Shown: positions 20,375-29,894, counted from the first letter of the stretch. The stretch: 64,000 nucleotides of DNA from a virus (IMGVR_UViG_3300020190_000004), one strand, 5' to 3'. A program made the numbers and translations. Notes: a model not told the origin generated them from the sequence alone.

Positions 20375-20722
20375 CTATTGTGTGTTATTTTTAAGGCGTG
20401 ATCTTTCTTCTTGCCTTAGTCTTCTTTCAGCAAGCTTAAGAGCGCGTTTTTCAGCAAATTCACGGTTTTTCTTGACATGCAATTCAGCTTCTTCAAAAGA
20501 TTTACCCTCTTTCATTAAACGCTGTATGATCTCTGCATCACGATCAGCTTCTGCTTGGATTCTAGAATTTTCAACTTCTTGAAGATTTCTTAAGTGAATC
20601 TGGTTTCCGGCTTCACGCTTCTTTTTGCGAATCTCAGATTTTTCAGCTTCACTTTTGCTCTGATATTCTTTAAGGAGACCTAAGTTTTTCTCCATTTCAC
20701 GACGTTGTTTATGATTATACAT
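20375..20722 (-). CDS. Hypothetical charged coiled-coil protein
   Basis: 115 aa, K/E/R-rich. Confidence 0.55.
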   Translation of the reverse strand: MYNHKQRREMEKNLGLLKEYQSKSEAEKSEIRKKKREAGNQIHLRNLQEVENSRIQAEADRDAEIIQRLMKEGKSFEEAELHVKKNREFAEKRALKLAERRLRQEERSRLKNNTQ

Positions 20723-21254
20723 AATTCATTGATTTTGCGTACATATAATTGAACAATCTCAAGAATGCACTAAGGACCAATCCTTCATCTGAGATTAAGC
20801 CGTCACCGACTCTAACAAGATTAAATTCTGACAATCTCTCCTTTTTTGATCCGTCTTTCTGTGGTTTATTAATGTCTTTACCAGACACATCTACTGCAAA
20901 GATTGGTATTACCTTATCGCTATCTTTAGATGGGTAGATTGTGCCTAAAAAGATCCATTTTTCCGCATCATCAATCATATCAATACCGCTTTCTTCTAGG
21001 AGTTCTCTCTTGGCGGTAAATAGCAAACTATCATCTTCGTACTCAACGGTGCCTGTAATAAGCGTATCACAATGATTCCCTTCACGAAATTGATTATACT
21101 CATGAAGCAAACCAATGTTTTCTATCATGCCGTTTGCTTCTACGGTAAAAGGTAAAACTGCGACTGACATATGTTTAGATCTTATACCAACATGCCCGTC
21201 AATGTCTACTACGTCGAACCACTTGTCTTCGTGTAATACTTTAGGTTGTTTCAT
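20715..21254 (-). CDS. Nudix hydrolase-like protein
   Basis: GTVE...TAKRELLEESG Nudix box; likely start MKQPK at 21254. Confidence 0.75.
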   Translation of the reverse strand: MKQPKVLHEDKWFDVVDIDGHVGIRSKHMSVAVLPFTVEANGMIENIGLLHEYNQFREGNHCDTLITGTVEYEDDSLLFTAKRELLEESGIDMIDDAEKWIFLGTIYPSKDSDKVIPIFAVDVSGKDINKPQKDGSKKERLSEFNLVRVGDGLISDEGLVLSAFLRLFNYMYAKSMNYV

Positions 21255-21798
21255 TTTTATTAGATTTTTGTTTCTTTTTAATATCTGACCAAATTTGTTT
21301 TGCTGCTTCCATGCGCATAACACTTATAGTACTTGCTAAGAACTCTAATACATGTTCTTCACCTTCTTCGTAAGAATCTGCTAAAACTTTCATCAACTCA
21401 CTTGACGGAATGTCAAGTTCAAGATCTAGTTTAATTTTGGTATTAACTTTTTTGCTGTCCAGCAAAAGACGTGATATTGGGTTTTCTGGCGCGCGATTAT
21501 TTGGTTCAAAAGGTTTATCTGCTGAGGCGTTAACCCTTTGCAATGGCGGATTATGTTGCTGAGGTAAAGGTTGAAAAGTAGGCTGTGGTTTCATCATTTC
21601 AATGTCTACAAAACCGTCATGTTCACCCGCTACTTCAATAAAGTAATCACCTAGTAGCTCTTCATTAGCACGAGATCCGTCTTCAAAGATTAAAAAGTTT
21701 AGGTATCCGTCGTTATGGATTTCTCCATTCCATCTAACGAATTCTCCGGCTTTTTCTCCTTTAAGCCATTGAAATGTTTTTTGTGTAGTCTCTGTCAT
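21241..21798 (-). CDS. Hypothetical protein
   Basis: Likely start MTETT at 21798 with AATATATAC at 21812-21820 upstream. Confidence 0.55.
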   Translation of the reverse strand: MTETTQKTFQWLKGEKAGEFVRWNGEIHNDGYLNFLIFEDGSRANEELLGDYFIEVAGEHDGFVDIEMMKPQPTFQPLPQQHNPPLQRVNASADKPFEPNNRAPENPISRLLLDSKKVNTKIKLDLELDIPSSELMKVLADSYEEGEEHVLEFLASTISVMRMEAAKQIWSDIKKKQKSNKNETT

Positions 21799-21826
21799 TT
21801 TATTTGTTTTAGTATATATTTCATCA

Positions 21827-22156
21827 CTAAAATTCGATGAAATGTTTGTATTCTTCATGGTATTCTTGCATCCAGAGCTCTGGAAGTCCTTGGTGGATCC
21901 ATCCGATATATTCATTCCTAAAGCCTTGAAGAAATTTTTGAATATGCCCTTCATAATCATTGTCCGCTAAGTGAAGTATGTCTATTGTTGATATCTTAAA
22001 TGTATGATAAGTTCCTTGCACTCGCCAGTACATGTAAAGTATACGGTTTATGTGTTCATACCCATACTCTATGACAAGCGGTGATGTCCATTTAGGAACT
22101 TCAATGTCAAAAGTCCCTGTACCAGCTAATGTACTGAAATCTTTATGAAACGGCAT
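21827..22156 (-). CDS. Hypothetical protein
   Basis: 109-aa ORF, operon packing. Confidence 0.5.
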   Translation of the reverse strand: MPFHKDFSTLAGTGTFDIEVPKWTSPLVIEYGYEHINRILYMYWRVQGTYHTFKISTIDILHLADNDYEGHIQKFLQGFRNEYIGWIHQGLPELWMQEYHEEYKHFIEF

Positions 22157-22157
22157 G

Positions 22158-22424
22158 TTAGTTGCTTCCTTCCTTGTTAGCGATTTCTGTTTCCATTGCA
22201 GCTACAAGCAATTCAAAAATATCTGCTCGTGATTGATTATGCAAGTTGCCGATTGCTTCAAGATCTTGACGCATCATACGAGTATTAAGAACAGCTTTGT
22301 CACCGTCCATTAATTGTATAATGATGTTATCCCAATCTTCATACTTGATATTTTTTTGTGCTTCAAGCATAAGTTTAAGATTTTCCTTTGCTTGTTCTAA
22401 TTCTTTTTCGTTGTTTTGTTCCAT
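22158..22424 (-). CDS. Hypothetical protein
   Basis: Likely start MEQNN at 22424, downstream of a class-II promoter. Confidence 0.5.
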   Translation of the reverse strand: MEQNNEKELEQAKENLKLMLEAQKNIKYEDWDNIIIQLMDGDKAVLNTRMMRQDLEAIGNLHNQSRADIFELLVAAMETEIANKEGSN

Positions 22425-22443
22425 TGTGATATCCTTTGATATA

Positions 22444-22473
22444 TTTATATTCACATGTTTGTAAAGAGTTTTC
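22444..22473 (-). promoter_or_regulatory. Class-II promoter GAAAACT-N13-TGAATATAAA
   Basis: Recurrent bipartite motif. Confidence 0.55.
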
Positions 22474-22478
22474 TGCAT

Positions 22479-22514
22479 AAAGAAACCCGGACGATAGCGA
22501 AATCTCCGGGTCTC
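22479..22514 (-). terminator. Intrinsic terminator
   Basis: GAGACCCGGA...TCCGGGTTTC stem then TTT; a GTTTGT-TACG-ACAAAC hairpin lies just upstream. Confidence 0.6.
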
Positions 22515-22544
22515 AAGTTTGTCGTAACAAACTCCGGTCCTACT

Positions 22545-22874
22545 TTATATACTAGATTCAAAAACGATAGAATGTTGATAACTAGGTTTATCTGATGCTA
22601 CATTGATTGTAACATTCCCTTTATGTTTAAGGATTATTTTAAGATAATCTACGACTTGCTTAGGTTTTCTAGGAAATCCATTGGCTCCTCTTAATCCAGC
22701 ACCATACAACCAACTTGGAAGATTGTCTGCCGATATGTTAGGATCCTTAATGAATTCTTGAATATCTTTATCGGTGTATGTATGTTGTTTATTACCGTAA
22801 GTGATAACGGTAATTTTCTTTCCTTCATTTAAATTCTCATTTAAGAATTCTTCGAAAAGTTTAATGTATGCCAT
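22545..22874 (-). CDS. CTS-like tagged small protein
   Basis: MAYIKLFEEFLNENLNE; GATATATAG upstream. Confidence 0.7.
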   Translation of the reverse strand: MAYIKLFEEFLNENLNEGKKITVITYGNKQHTYTDKDIQEFIKDPNISADNLPSWLYGAGLRGANGFPRKPKQVVDYLKIILKHKGNVTINVASDKPSYQHSIVFESSI

Positions 22875-22893
22875 CTTTAAAGAGTTATTTTGA

Positions 22894-22902
22894 CTATATA
22901 TC
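22894..22902 (-). promoter_or_regulatory. Late-type promoter GATATATAG
   Basis: 20 nt upstream of ATG 22874. Confidence 0.65.
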
Positions 22903-23522
22903 TTATTTGAACTTGTGTATCAATCCCATTGTTCCCGAAATATAAGCAGCCGTGTCTAAGATCAACTCTTGTTGATCTTTTGTAAAAACTCTTGCTTCTT
23001 TTACAAATTCGACGCCCAGCGAGCCGTGAAGTTTGCCGCTAGGAGTTTTGAGAGATGCTATGAATACGGATCTACATCCTGTGCCTTCTGCCGTGTCTCT
23101 TAACCCAAATGTTGGGCGTATTTCGTCTGCCATGTTGTCAATGCAAAGATAATCATTATCGTGAATCTCTTTGAGACTTCTGCTAAAGAAGCTTGTCGGT
23201 ATGTTTTGAAACTTTTCCCTAATGGTAGAAACTCCTATTGATACGGTTTCATAAAATATGCTAAACTTTTTGATAGAAACCCCAGAAGTGTAATAGTGTC
23301 CCCCGTTATGAAATTGCGCGATCCACACTCTATCACAATCAATCTCTTTGATAAGATATTCTAACTGTTCGTTTATCAGTATGTCAATTCCATCTCACGA
23401 TACATAGTATCTTCATTTTCGCTACGGCCTTTCATCTTTGCCTTAATATACTCAACCAATGCTGGACCTACGATCGCGGTTATCACAGCCACGATTATAG
23501 TAACTATCAATGTAATTTCCAT
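22903..23522 (-). pseudogene. Frameshifted T4 holin T-like gene (N-terminal TM helix plus GAF-like domain)
   Basis: MEITLIVTIIVAVITAIVGPALV... stops at 23376; adding one A at 23388-23389 gives EMEIDILINEQLEYLIKEIDCDRVWIAQFHNGG continuing to 22903 (about 206 aa). Confidence 0.55.
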
Positions 23523-23620
23523 ATCTTTTTTACCGGCCTTGGCCTTTGTACTTTTTAACGTAATTCTTCGAATTCTTGTTGTTTGTAGTCTTTGACTTAG
23601 CGTGTCTTCCACAAAGTTTT

Positions 23621-23815
23621 TTAGTCTTCTAATTTAGCGAGTCCTTTTTCTACCGCCAATTCAGCATTAGCTTTTGAAAGAATAAGCGCCATCTTGTGAC
23701 CGTCCTTAGTTACACCTTTTGCGATATAACCGCCTTTAGAAGTTCGAGAAATTACAGCTTCGTGCATTTCTTCCTTTTGTTTTGTCTTTAGACAATACGC
23801 GATGATTTGATCCAT
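23621..23815 (-). CDS. DUF5679-like small protein
   Basis: IAYCLKTKQKEEM...KGGYIAKGVTKDGHKMALIL pattern. Confidence 0.5.
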   Translation of the reverse strand: MDQIIAYCLKTKQKEEMHEAVISRTSKGGYIAKGVTKDGHKMALILSKANAELAVEKGLAKLED

Positions 23816-23830
23816 GTTATTGGTTTTTTG

Positions 23831-24724
23831 TTAGTAATTTATTTTTTTGTAATCTGCAATGTCTTTTAGTTCGGCTGTAGGTAATACTTCAATTTTCTTT
23901 AGTATTACGTTTCTTACGTTTGCTAAATCATTAATTTCTTTTTCTGAAAGACCTGCAATAGTATAAGTTTCGCCAACAGAAAAACCAAGAGTAGAAAGCT
24001 TTTTTGCACTGTCGAGAGATTCCCAATACTTGCTATCTAATGGCTGATTTGTATTAAATGTTGCAACACAATTATCCCAAAGAGTTTTTGCGTCTATTGG
24101 GGAAGTTTTTTCAATTACGCAGCTTTCGCCACTAGTATAAACAGCAGCAATTGAATACTTTCCTGACATAGCGTCAGGTGGAGTGTTTTCTTTAAGTTTC
24201 TTAAATTGTTCAGGCTTGTCTTTATCCATGGTAGAAGATAAGCCATTTGAAAAAAGAATACTTAATATCTGATTAATTTTAATTGCAGACATACTTAATA
24301 CACCAGAAAAACCAGCCTTTTTAGAAGCTTTTACTGATATCTTTTCATCTCCTTTACTTACGTCAGAAAAAATCGAATCAGCGCCTGCTGCTCCAACAGC
24401 CGTAGGATTAGTTTGTTGCCCGCCTAATACTTTTTCAACTATATGTTCAGCTATTGTTGAAGTTCTAATTCCACCTACTGCTGTATCTTTAGCGTTTGTT
24501 CCAAGATTTGTAACAAACGTATGAAAAAAGTTTGCTTCATTCAAAAGAGGCCCGTCATCAGCAGCAAACTTCTTATCTTTCAAGATATCACTATAAGAAA
24601 TTGTTGCCCCAGCCTTAGCACCGCTTGATCCTATATACTGTGTTAAGAACTGAAAAATGTTTTGTGCATTAACAGATTCATTAACAGATTCATTCAAGAA
24701 AGATTCGTAATCTAGAAGACCCAT
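23831..24724 (-). CDS. CTS-like tagged protein with possible PD-(D/E)xK nuclease fold
   Basis: MGLLDYESFLNESVNE; IAEHIVEKVL...FSDVSKGDEKISVKAS. Confidence 0.45.
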   Translation of the reverse strand: MGLLDYESFLNESVNESVNAQNIFQFLTQYIGSSGAKAGATISYSDILKDKKFAADDGPLLNEANFFHTFVTNLGTNAKDTAVGGIRTSTIAEHIVEKVLGGQQTNPTAVGAAGADSIFSDVSKGDEKISVKASKKAGFSGVLSMSAIKINQILSILFSNGLSSTMDKDKPEQFKKLKENTPPDAMSGKYSIAAVYTSGESCVIEKTSPIDAKTLWDNCVATFNTNQPLDSKYWESLDSAKKLSTLGFSVGETYTIAGLSEKEINDLANVRNVILKKIEVLPTAELKDIADYKKINY

Positions 24725-24786
24725 AGTATGTTTTTATATTTTCTTATTGGGTAACCAATATAATTTGTTTTAAAGTTTTTCTAATG

Positions 24787-25011
24787 TCATTCTGTTGCAT
24801 TACCGTCGTTATCAATGTAACCCATTATGTTACTCTTGCTAACGGCGCGAAGTTCGTAATCAATAGTCATTCCACGAAAGTACTCTCGAACTTTACGTTG
24901 AGATTCTTCCATAGTTTCTGCTCTTACTAAGAAAGTTTCAGACTTACTGCGAATCTTTCCAGTTTCCATGTCCTCCTCAGAGGTTTTTACTCTTACAGCC
25001 CAATGTGCCAT
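24787..25011 (-). CDS. DUF4494-like protein (Bacteroidota-type)
   Basis: WAVRVKTSEEDMETGKIRSKSETFLVRAETMEESQRKV. Confidence 0.6.
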   Translation of the reverse strand: MAHWAVRVKTSEEDMETGKIRSKSETFLVRAETMEESQRKVREYFRGMTIDYELRAVSKSNIMGYIDNDGNATE

Positions 25012-25043
25012 GTATACTGTGTTTTATAGTTTATATTTTCAGA

Positions 25044-25052
25044 GTATATATC
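25044..25052 (-). promoter_or_regulatory. Late-type promoter GATATATAC
   Basis: Exact motif in the intergenic gap. Confidence 0.6.
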
Positions 25053-25514
25053 TCACTTGTAGTCTGGGGACTTGACTTTCTTGCCTTTATCTGGTCCACC
25101 TTCTCGGGGTATCATGCCTTGCGCGATCAATGAGACTCTTATACCGAATGGTATGTCTTTACCGTCTTCGTATTCCTTTTGATACTTCTTAAGAGTATCT
25201 TCATCATAAGGAGATTCTTTTTCGTCAAGTAAGTCTTCTCGACCAAGCTGCTTGTACACCTCTTTACGAACTTTTTCCATTTTCTCTGCGTATTCAGGAT
25301 CATCATTGCGGTTAAAGACGACCTGCTGTGTAAGACTACCGCTAATCTTTTTAAGATCTTTTTTACGAGTCTTAATTAGCCAAGCAGCAAGATCCTCAAT
25401 GCCTAAATCTCTAAAACGTCCTTCTGCATCAGGTGCATCGCTATCTTTCCATTCAGGGGCGCCTGCAGGTTTCTTTTCATACAGCCACTGTTCAAAAAGT
25501 TTTAAGTGTTTCAT
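25053..25514 (-). CDS. CTS-like tagged protein
   Basis: MKHLKLFEQWLYE. Confidence 0.6.
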   Translation of the reverse strand: MKHLKLFEQWLYEKKPAGAPEWKDSDAPDAEGRFRDLGIEDLAAWLIKTRKKDLKKISGSLTQQVVFNRNDDPEYAEKMEKVRKEVYKQLGREDLLDEKESPYDEDTLKKYQKEYEDGKDIPFGIRVSLIAQGMIPREGGPDKGKKVKSPDYK

Positions 25515-25532
25515 AGGAGTTGCGCTTTCATG

Positions 25533-26339
25533 TTACAATTCTTTGTTTACGTCGGTGCTGTATGGTTTTGTCAGATCAATCTCACCATTAGCTAACATTC
25601 GTTTTACTTTCTCAACTTCGTCCGGCCCAATTACAGGCATTTCTACTCGTGCTGGGGCCCCTGGCATGATTTGCTTAGGCAACGCGTCAGCGTTTTTCAT
25701 CATAATCTCTTTACCCTTTTCGTAGTCCCCACCTGCTCCTGGCATATTACTCAAGCTTTCTTTAACTTGCTCAGGTGTAATAGGAAACTTTCCTTGAATT
25801 CCGTTCTCTAAAAAGTTATCCAAAAGATTTCCAATGTTTCTTCCGGTAAAATCTTTAATGTCTCCGTCTCCGTAGTTACCACCGCGATTAAACATACCAA
25901 CGGTAATTGTGTTTAATGCAGATACTAAGGATACTCCAGGTAAGTCAATTTGTGTTGCTTCAACTTTTCCGCTTGGATCGCAAAGAAATGTAGCAGCCCA
26001 ACGATGATGACCATCCATAATAAAATTGTCTTTAGAAACGATTGAACCTAAATCACCACCAATTTTTGCAGGTTTTGTGTTTAGCATTGTTCCAATAGCC
26101 ATTCCAATAGCCTTTTCCGCGATAATCTCTGTTTGGGCAGCTTGAAGATTTTTAACAGGAACGCTTACTTTCTTCCCAGCAACTGCATCATCTCTCTTAT
26201 CACCGTCTTTACCACCTCTGCCAATTGAGGCATCAGCAGCTTTCTTGTTAACTTTACTTAAAGGAATAACATCACCTCTTCCATGAATCTCCATCGAATC
26301 TTCTAGGATGTAACTTTCAAATGTTTTAACGTATTTCAT
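25533..26339 (-). CDS. CTS-like tagged ParB/Sulfiredoxin-domain protein
   Basis: MKYVKTFESYILE; IVSKDNFIMDGHHRWAA. Confidence 0.7.
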   Translation of the reverse strand: MKYVKTFESYILEDSMEIHGRGDVIPLSKVNKKAADASIGRGGKDGDKRDDAVAGKKVSVPVKNLQAAQTEIIAEKAIGMAIGTMLNTKPAKIGGDLGSIVSKDNFIMDGHHRWAATFLCDPSGKVEATQIDLPGVSLVSALNTITVGMFNRGGNYGDGDIKDFTGRNIGNLLDNFLENGIQGKFPITPEQVKESLSNMPGAGGDYEKGKEIMMKNADALPKQIMPGAPARVEMPVIGPDEVEKVKRMLANGEIDLTKPYSTDVNKEL

Positions 26340-26388
26340 AATTTTTATTTATTCAGGTATTCCTACTAGGACTTTAGTTTTAAGTGTT

Positions 26389-27213
26389 TCATTTAAGTAA
26401 ACTCCAGTACTCGTTAAAGTGTTTAATTCTATCGTCAAGGCCGTTGGTTCCACCATTCACACGCTTTGTAACAGCGGTGATATCTGCTACTGTTGCACCT
26501 CTATCACAAATAGACCAAAGTTTATTGTTGTTAAAGAAAAAGGCAGCAGAAGCAAGCGGGTATTTTGTTGCTACCAAATCAGGATTAGAAACACAATCTT
26601 CTCCGATGAATTTTGTAAAGGACTCGTAATTGCTTTTACCAGTCAGTTGTATATAACCTCTACCGCGAAACTTATACCCGTCTCGTGATTTTTCATCGCC
26701 ATTTCCCATTCTGTTGGCATAAACTCGTGAAGCTATCTTCTCAGGTTGTTTTGCGTATAAGTCAGCAAGGTTTCCCGGGAAGTACTTGCCAAAAGTTGCT
26801 TGTAAACCTTTAGAAGAATAGTTTAAGTTTTCACTAGTTGCCTTAAAGTTTCCACTTTCATGAGCGCATTGTGACAAGAAGTGCGCAAGACGTAAATTAG
26901 TAGTAATTCCAAATTTAGCAGCAGTTTCAGGAATTTGCGCAAGAACCGCATCAGATATGTGACCTTTGAGTTCATTAATCTTTAGACCAGTTGATTCAGT
27001 AGATGTAAATGGCGGCAATTCCGGTGTACCAAACATTAACTTCCAACTGACATTGCCTGATGTAATTATTCCGTCTGGTGTTAAGCCATTTTTCTTTTGC
27101 CAAGCAATAACCGCTGTTTCAGTTTTTGGTCCAAACGAACCGTCTGCGGTTAAACCAAGTTTTTCTTGTAAGAGTTTAACATCGCCTCCTGTAGATCCTT
27201 TCTTAATTAACAT
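26389..27213 (-). CDS. Endolysin: peptidoglycan-binding domain plus GH19 muramidase
   Basis: GSTGGDVKLLQEKL...DGSFGPKTETAVIAWQKKNGLTPDGI; AHFLSQCAHESG, FRGRGYIQLTGKSNY, VNGGTNGLDDR. Confidence 0.9.
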   Translation of the reverse strand: MLIKKGSTGGDVKLLQEKLGLTADGSFGPKTETAVIAWQKKNGLTPDGIITSGNVSWKLMFGTPELPPFTSTESTGLKINELKGHISDAVLAQIPETAAKFGITTNLRLAHFLSQCAHESGNFKATSENLNYSSKGLQATFGKYFPGNLADLYAKQPEKIASRVYANRMGNGDEKSRDGYKFRGRGYIQLTGKSNYESFTKFIGEDCVSNPDLVATKYPLASAAFFFNNNKLWSICDRGATVADITAVTKRVNGGTNGLDDRIKHFNEYWSLLK

Positions 27214-27225
27214 AGATTAGTGAGT

Positions 27226-27582
27226 TTATTTTGGTTGGCAACGATCACAGTTACCGCAAGTGCAATCTTCGGGGCAATCACAAATTTGGTTTTCATGAGC
27301 ACCGTTTTCCAATTTTGCGATTTCGATGTCCCCTGATACGTCTTTTGATTTTCTGTACCCAAGAAGAGCAGCACCGATGCCAACAAATATGATGGCTTGC
27401 GTTATGATATCAATGTCTTTTCCGATAAACATTTTGTCAATGCAACCTAAGAAAAAGCATAGAGTTCCAACAGTACAAATAATTACGCCCATAGTTCCAG
27501 AGCCAGAAGTTTTACCGTTGGCATTTGATGTCATCTGCGCGATGGAAAACTTTTCCAAACTTGCGATCATTTTTAGTTTCAT
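27226..27582 (-). CDS. Putative holin/membrane protein (two TM helices, Cys-rich tail)
   Basis: Two hydrophobic stretches; directly upstream of endolysin; GATAAATA at 27692-27699 upstream. Confidence 0.55.
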   Translation of the reverse strand: MKLKMIASLEKFSIAQMTSNANGKTSGSGTMGVIICTVGTLCFFLGCIDKMFIGKDIDIITQAIIFVGIGAALLGYRKSKDVSGDIEIAKLENGAHENQICDCPEDCTCGNCDRCQPK

Positions 27583-27690
27583 TTCATACAGAAGTTATTT
27601 TAGATGTTACAGCAAAGAATTTATTTTGCTTATGTATTCTTCTACAAATTTCTAAAATTTTTCTCTTCACTATGTTCTTTTTTAATTTGT

Positions 27691-28305
27691 TTATTTATCA
27701 TTCAAAAAAGATAGTAAAAGTGATTCTAAGAATTCTTTGAGATCTTGAGTTTTTTCTAAGTGAGGGCTAAGTAAAAGAACTTTGCCATTACCGCATCGAT
27801 TCTTTATAATAGCTGGAGTTGTAGGCATGTCATGTAAACCGTCTGTATCAGGTATGTCATCCATGTAACGAGCAATAATGTCCACATTTTTCCACTGTTC
27901 AAACACCGGACCGTTAAAATAATCAACGTCACGATACTCCGATCCTACTAGTATCTTAACAGTATGATGACCTCTTTTCCACCTGCGATGTATACTTACA
28001 GGTGAAATTCCAAGAGACCAAGAATATGTAGTTGATGCAAGATATGCACCCGCGCAAACGCCTATGTAACGGCCTCCATTTTTAACCCATTCAGTGATCT
28101 TACTTAATCTTCTTTTTCCCAGAGTCCGGGCAAAGATGCTAGCAGAACCCCCAGGGAAGAGTATTGCATCAGGGTTTCCTTGAAGAATGTCTTTTGCTGA
28201 AACATAATGAACTTGTGCGTGTGGCAAGTAACTTTCAAAAAAATCTTGCCATATCAACGGAGTAGATACTCTTACACCGTGATCACTGTAAACGTTTATC
28301 TGCAT
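27691..28305 (-). CDS. BPL_N-like class I glutamine amidotransferase domain protein
   Basis: LFPGGSAS, YIGVCAGAYLAS, SPHLE. Confidence 0.75.
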   Translation of the reverse strand: MQINVYSDHGVRVSTPLIWQDFFESYLPHAQVHYVSAKDILQGNPDAILFPGGSASIFARTLGKRRLSKITEWVKNGGRYIGVCAGAYLASTTYSWSLGISPVSIHRRWKRGHHTVKILVGSEYRDVDYFNGPVFEQWKNVDIIARYMDDIPDTDGLHDMPTTPAIIKNRCGNGKVLLLSPHLEKTQDLKEFLESLLLSFLNDK

Positions 28306-28316
28306 TAAAGTTTTTT

Positions 28317-28508
28317 TTAATACCTTTGGACAGTAGAACGATTGATTTGATCACTGCCGTCTTTCTCTTGGTCGTATTCTTTGCCAGGTTCATTTGTGTC
28401 TATGGAAAAGACTTCTTTTCCATGTGCGTACTTTTTGCCTTTTTTCATAACATGCTTGTCATGCAAGTCACCTATGAATTCTTCAAATGTTTTTATAGGT
28501 TTTTTCAT
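28317..28508 (-). CDS. CTS-like tagged microprotein
   Basis: MKKPIKTFEEFIGDL. Confidence 0.65.
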   Translation of the reverse strand: MKKPIKTFEEFIGDLHDKHVMKKGKKYAHGKEVFSIDTNEPGKEYDQEKDGSDQINRSTVQRY

Positions 28509-28696
28509 ATTCCTCCAAACGGATAAGCAGCAGTAGCTGTCTCTTCATCGTCACCGTAGTAAGTAGGATTTTGCGTATCAGGGTCTAAGAACAGCTCGTC
28601 ACCGTCTTTCTCTTCTTCGCGATCAGCGAGTTTTCTGAGTTTTCTTGTCTCCAAGTCGCCGATAAAATCTTCAAACGTAGGTACTCGTTTTTTCAT
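28505..28696 (-). CDS. CTS-like tagged microprotein
   Basis: MKKRVPTFEDFIGDL. Confidence 0.65.
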   Translation of the reverse strand: MKKRVPTFEDFIGDLETRKLRKLADREEEKDGDELFLDPDTQNPTYYGDDEETATAAYPFGGI

Positions 28697-28699
28697 ATA

Positions 28700-28708
28700 G
28701 TATATATC
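28700..28708 (-). promoter_or_regulatory. Late-type promoter GATATATAC
   Basis: Motif ends 4 nt before ATG 28696 (near-leaderless mRNA). Confidence 0.65.
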
Positions 28709-28711
28709 GCT

Positions 28712-28738
28712 AAAAAACCTCTGCTACAGCAGAGGTTT
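28712..28738 (-). terminator. Intrinsic terminator
   Basis: AAACCTCTGC-TGTA-GCAGAGGTTT followed by a T run. Confidence 0.8.
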
Positions 28739-28760
28739 CAGGGCAACACTTAATCAAGAT

Positions 28761-29894
28761 TTAGTTCATTGCAGCCAATCGTGGATAATCAATATGCACG
28801 CTAGTAGCAATGTCCTCCAAATCAAGTTCTTTCTTAAAGAGAATGTTAGAAGCTTGTAATTGTAGTTCACGACGGTGTTCGCGGTCCATTCTAACATCTT
28901 GTGGGTGGGAAGCGATGTAGGTTAGCATGTTAAAGAAATCATAAGCGTTGATTCCGGTGTTAGCAGTAGTTTTCCATTTGCGTGATTTCTCAGCAATGTT
29001 TAGACCGTATGCTTTGTAGAAGTATTGATCATTAAAGAAACGGTGAATAAGAGCATCGTATTTTTCGTTTTCATTACGAGCTTCAAAGAATTTGCGGAAT
29101 TGCTCAAACTCAGCAATAGAAACGTTGTTATTCTTAAGGTGTTGAACCGCCTGAGAAAGTTGTTCAGGCAGACCTTCATTAGCAAACATCAAGTTTTTCT
29201 CGATGACGCTTTGAATTCTCTTGTTGTTGAATTTTGCATGTGCAATGTTAGCGCCAAACCCATACTGATAAGCAGTGTTTCCGTTTGAGCAAACTAAGCG
29301 CTCAAAGAATGGGGCGTAGTCAAAGCGCAAACCGCTGAATGTAAAACGATCACCCGTCTTCCAAACATCAAGGTCAGTACCAAATACATCTACGCGATCA
29401 GTTTCGTTAAGAAGTACTAAGTCAAACATGTCAGTTTGAGAATTAAAGTTTAAAGACTTAAGCGAGTAATCTGTCTCCGAATTTGTGAGGGATTCTTTTA
29501 TCCAATTAAAGTATTGTGGAATGCTTGCATCATCAGACACCTTTTTAGATTCGTTGTGTTTGTAGACATGAACAATCTCTTCGTTACCTTGGTCATCTTT
29601 AACCACTTTAGCAAAAAGTTTAGTTTCAGCTTCAGCAGATTTAAGTTTCTTAGAGACCATGTCCCAATCTTGAGGTGCCATTTTGTTAGCAAACTCGGTA
29701 AAGTTGTTACGAACTTTAAGAGTTGACATAACAGTTCCAAATGCTTTGCCGCGAATAGGCATTTCATTTAAGTAGATCCCATTATCAATGTCAAGATCTT
29801 TAATTTGGAACGTAGTTACCTCGCGGTCTACCATTCGCTCAAGAATAGGGTTTACCTGCTCTTCGATTTTTTGGATTGTTTCCTGATTATTCAT
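28761..29894 (-). CDS. DUF932-like protein
   Basis: APFFERLVCSNG motif. Confidence 0.5.
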   Translation of the reverse strand: MNNQETIQKIEEQVNPILERMVDREVTTFQIKDLDIDNGIYLNEMPIRGKAFGTVMSTLKVRNNFTEFANKMAPQDWDMVSKKLKSAEAETKLFAKVVKDDQGNEEIVHVYKHNESKKVSDDASIPQYFNWIKESLTNSETDYSLKSLNFNSQTDMFDLVLLNETDRVDVFGTDLDVWKTGDRFTFSGLRFDYAPFFERLVCSNGNTAYQYGFGANIAHAKFNNKRIQSVIEKNLMFANEGLPEQLSQAVQHLKNNNVSIAEFEQFRKFFEARNENEKYDALIHRFFNDQYFYKAYGLNIAEKSRKWKTTANTGINAYDFFNMLTYIASHPQDVRMDREHRRELQLQASNILFKKELDLEDIATSVHIDYPRLAAMN

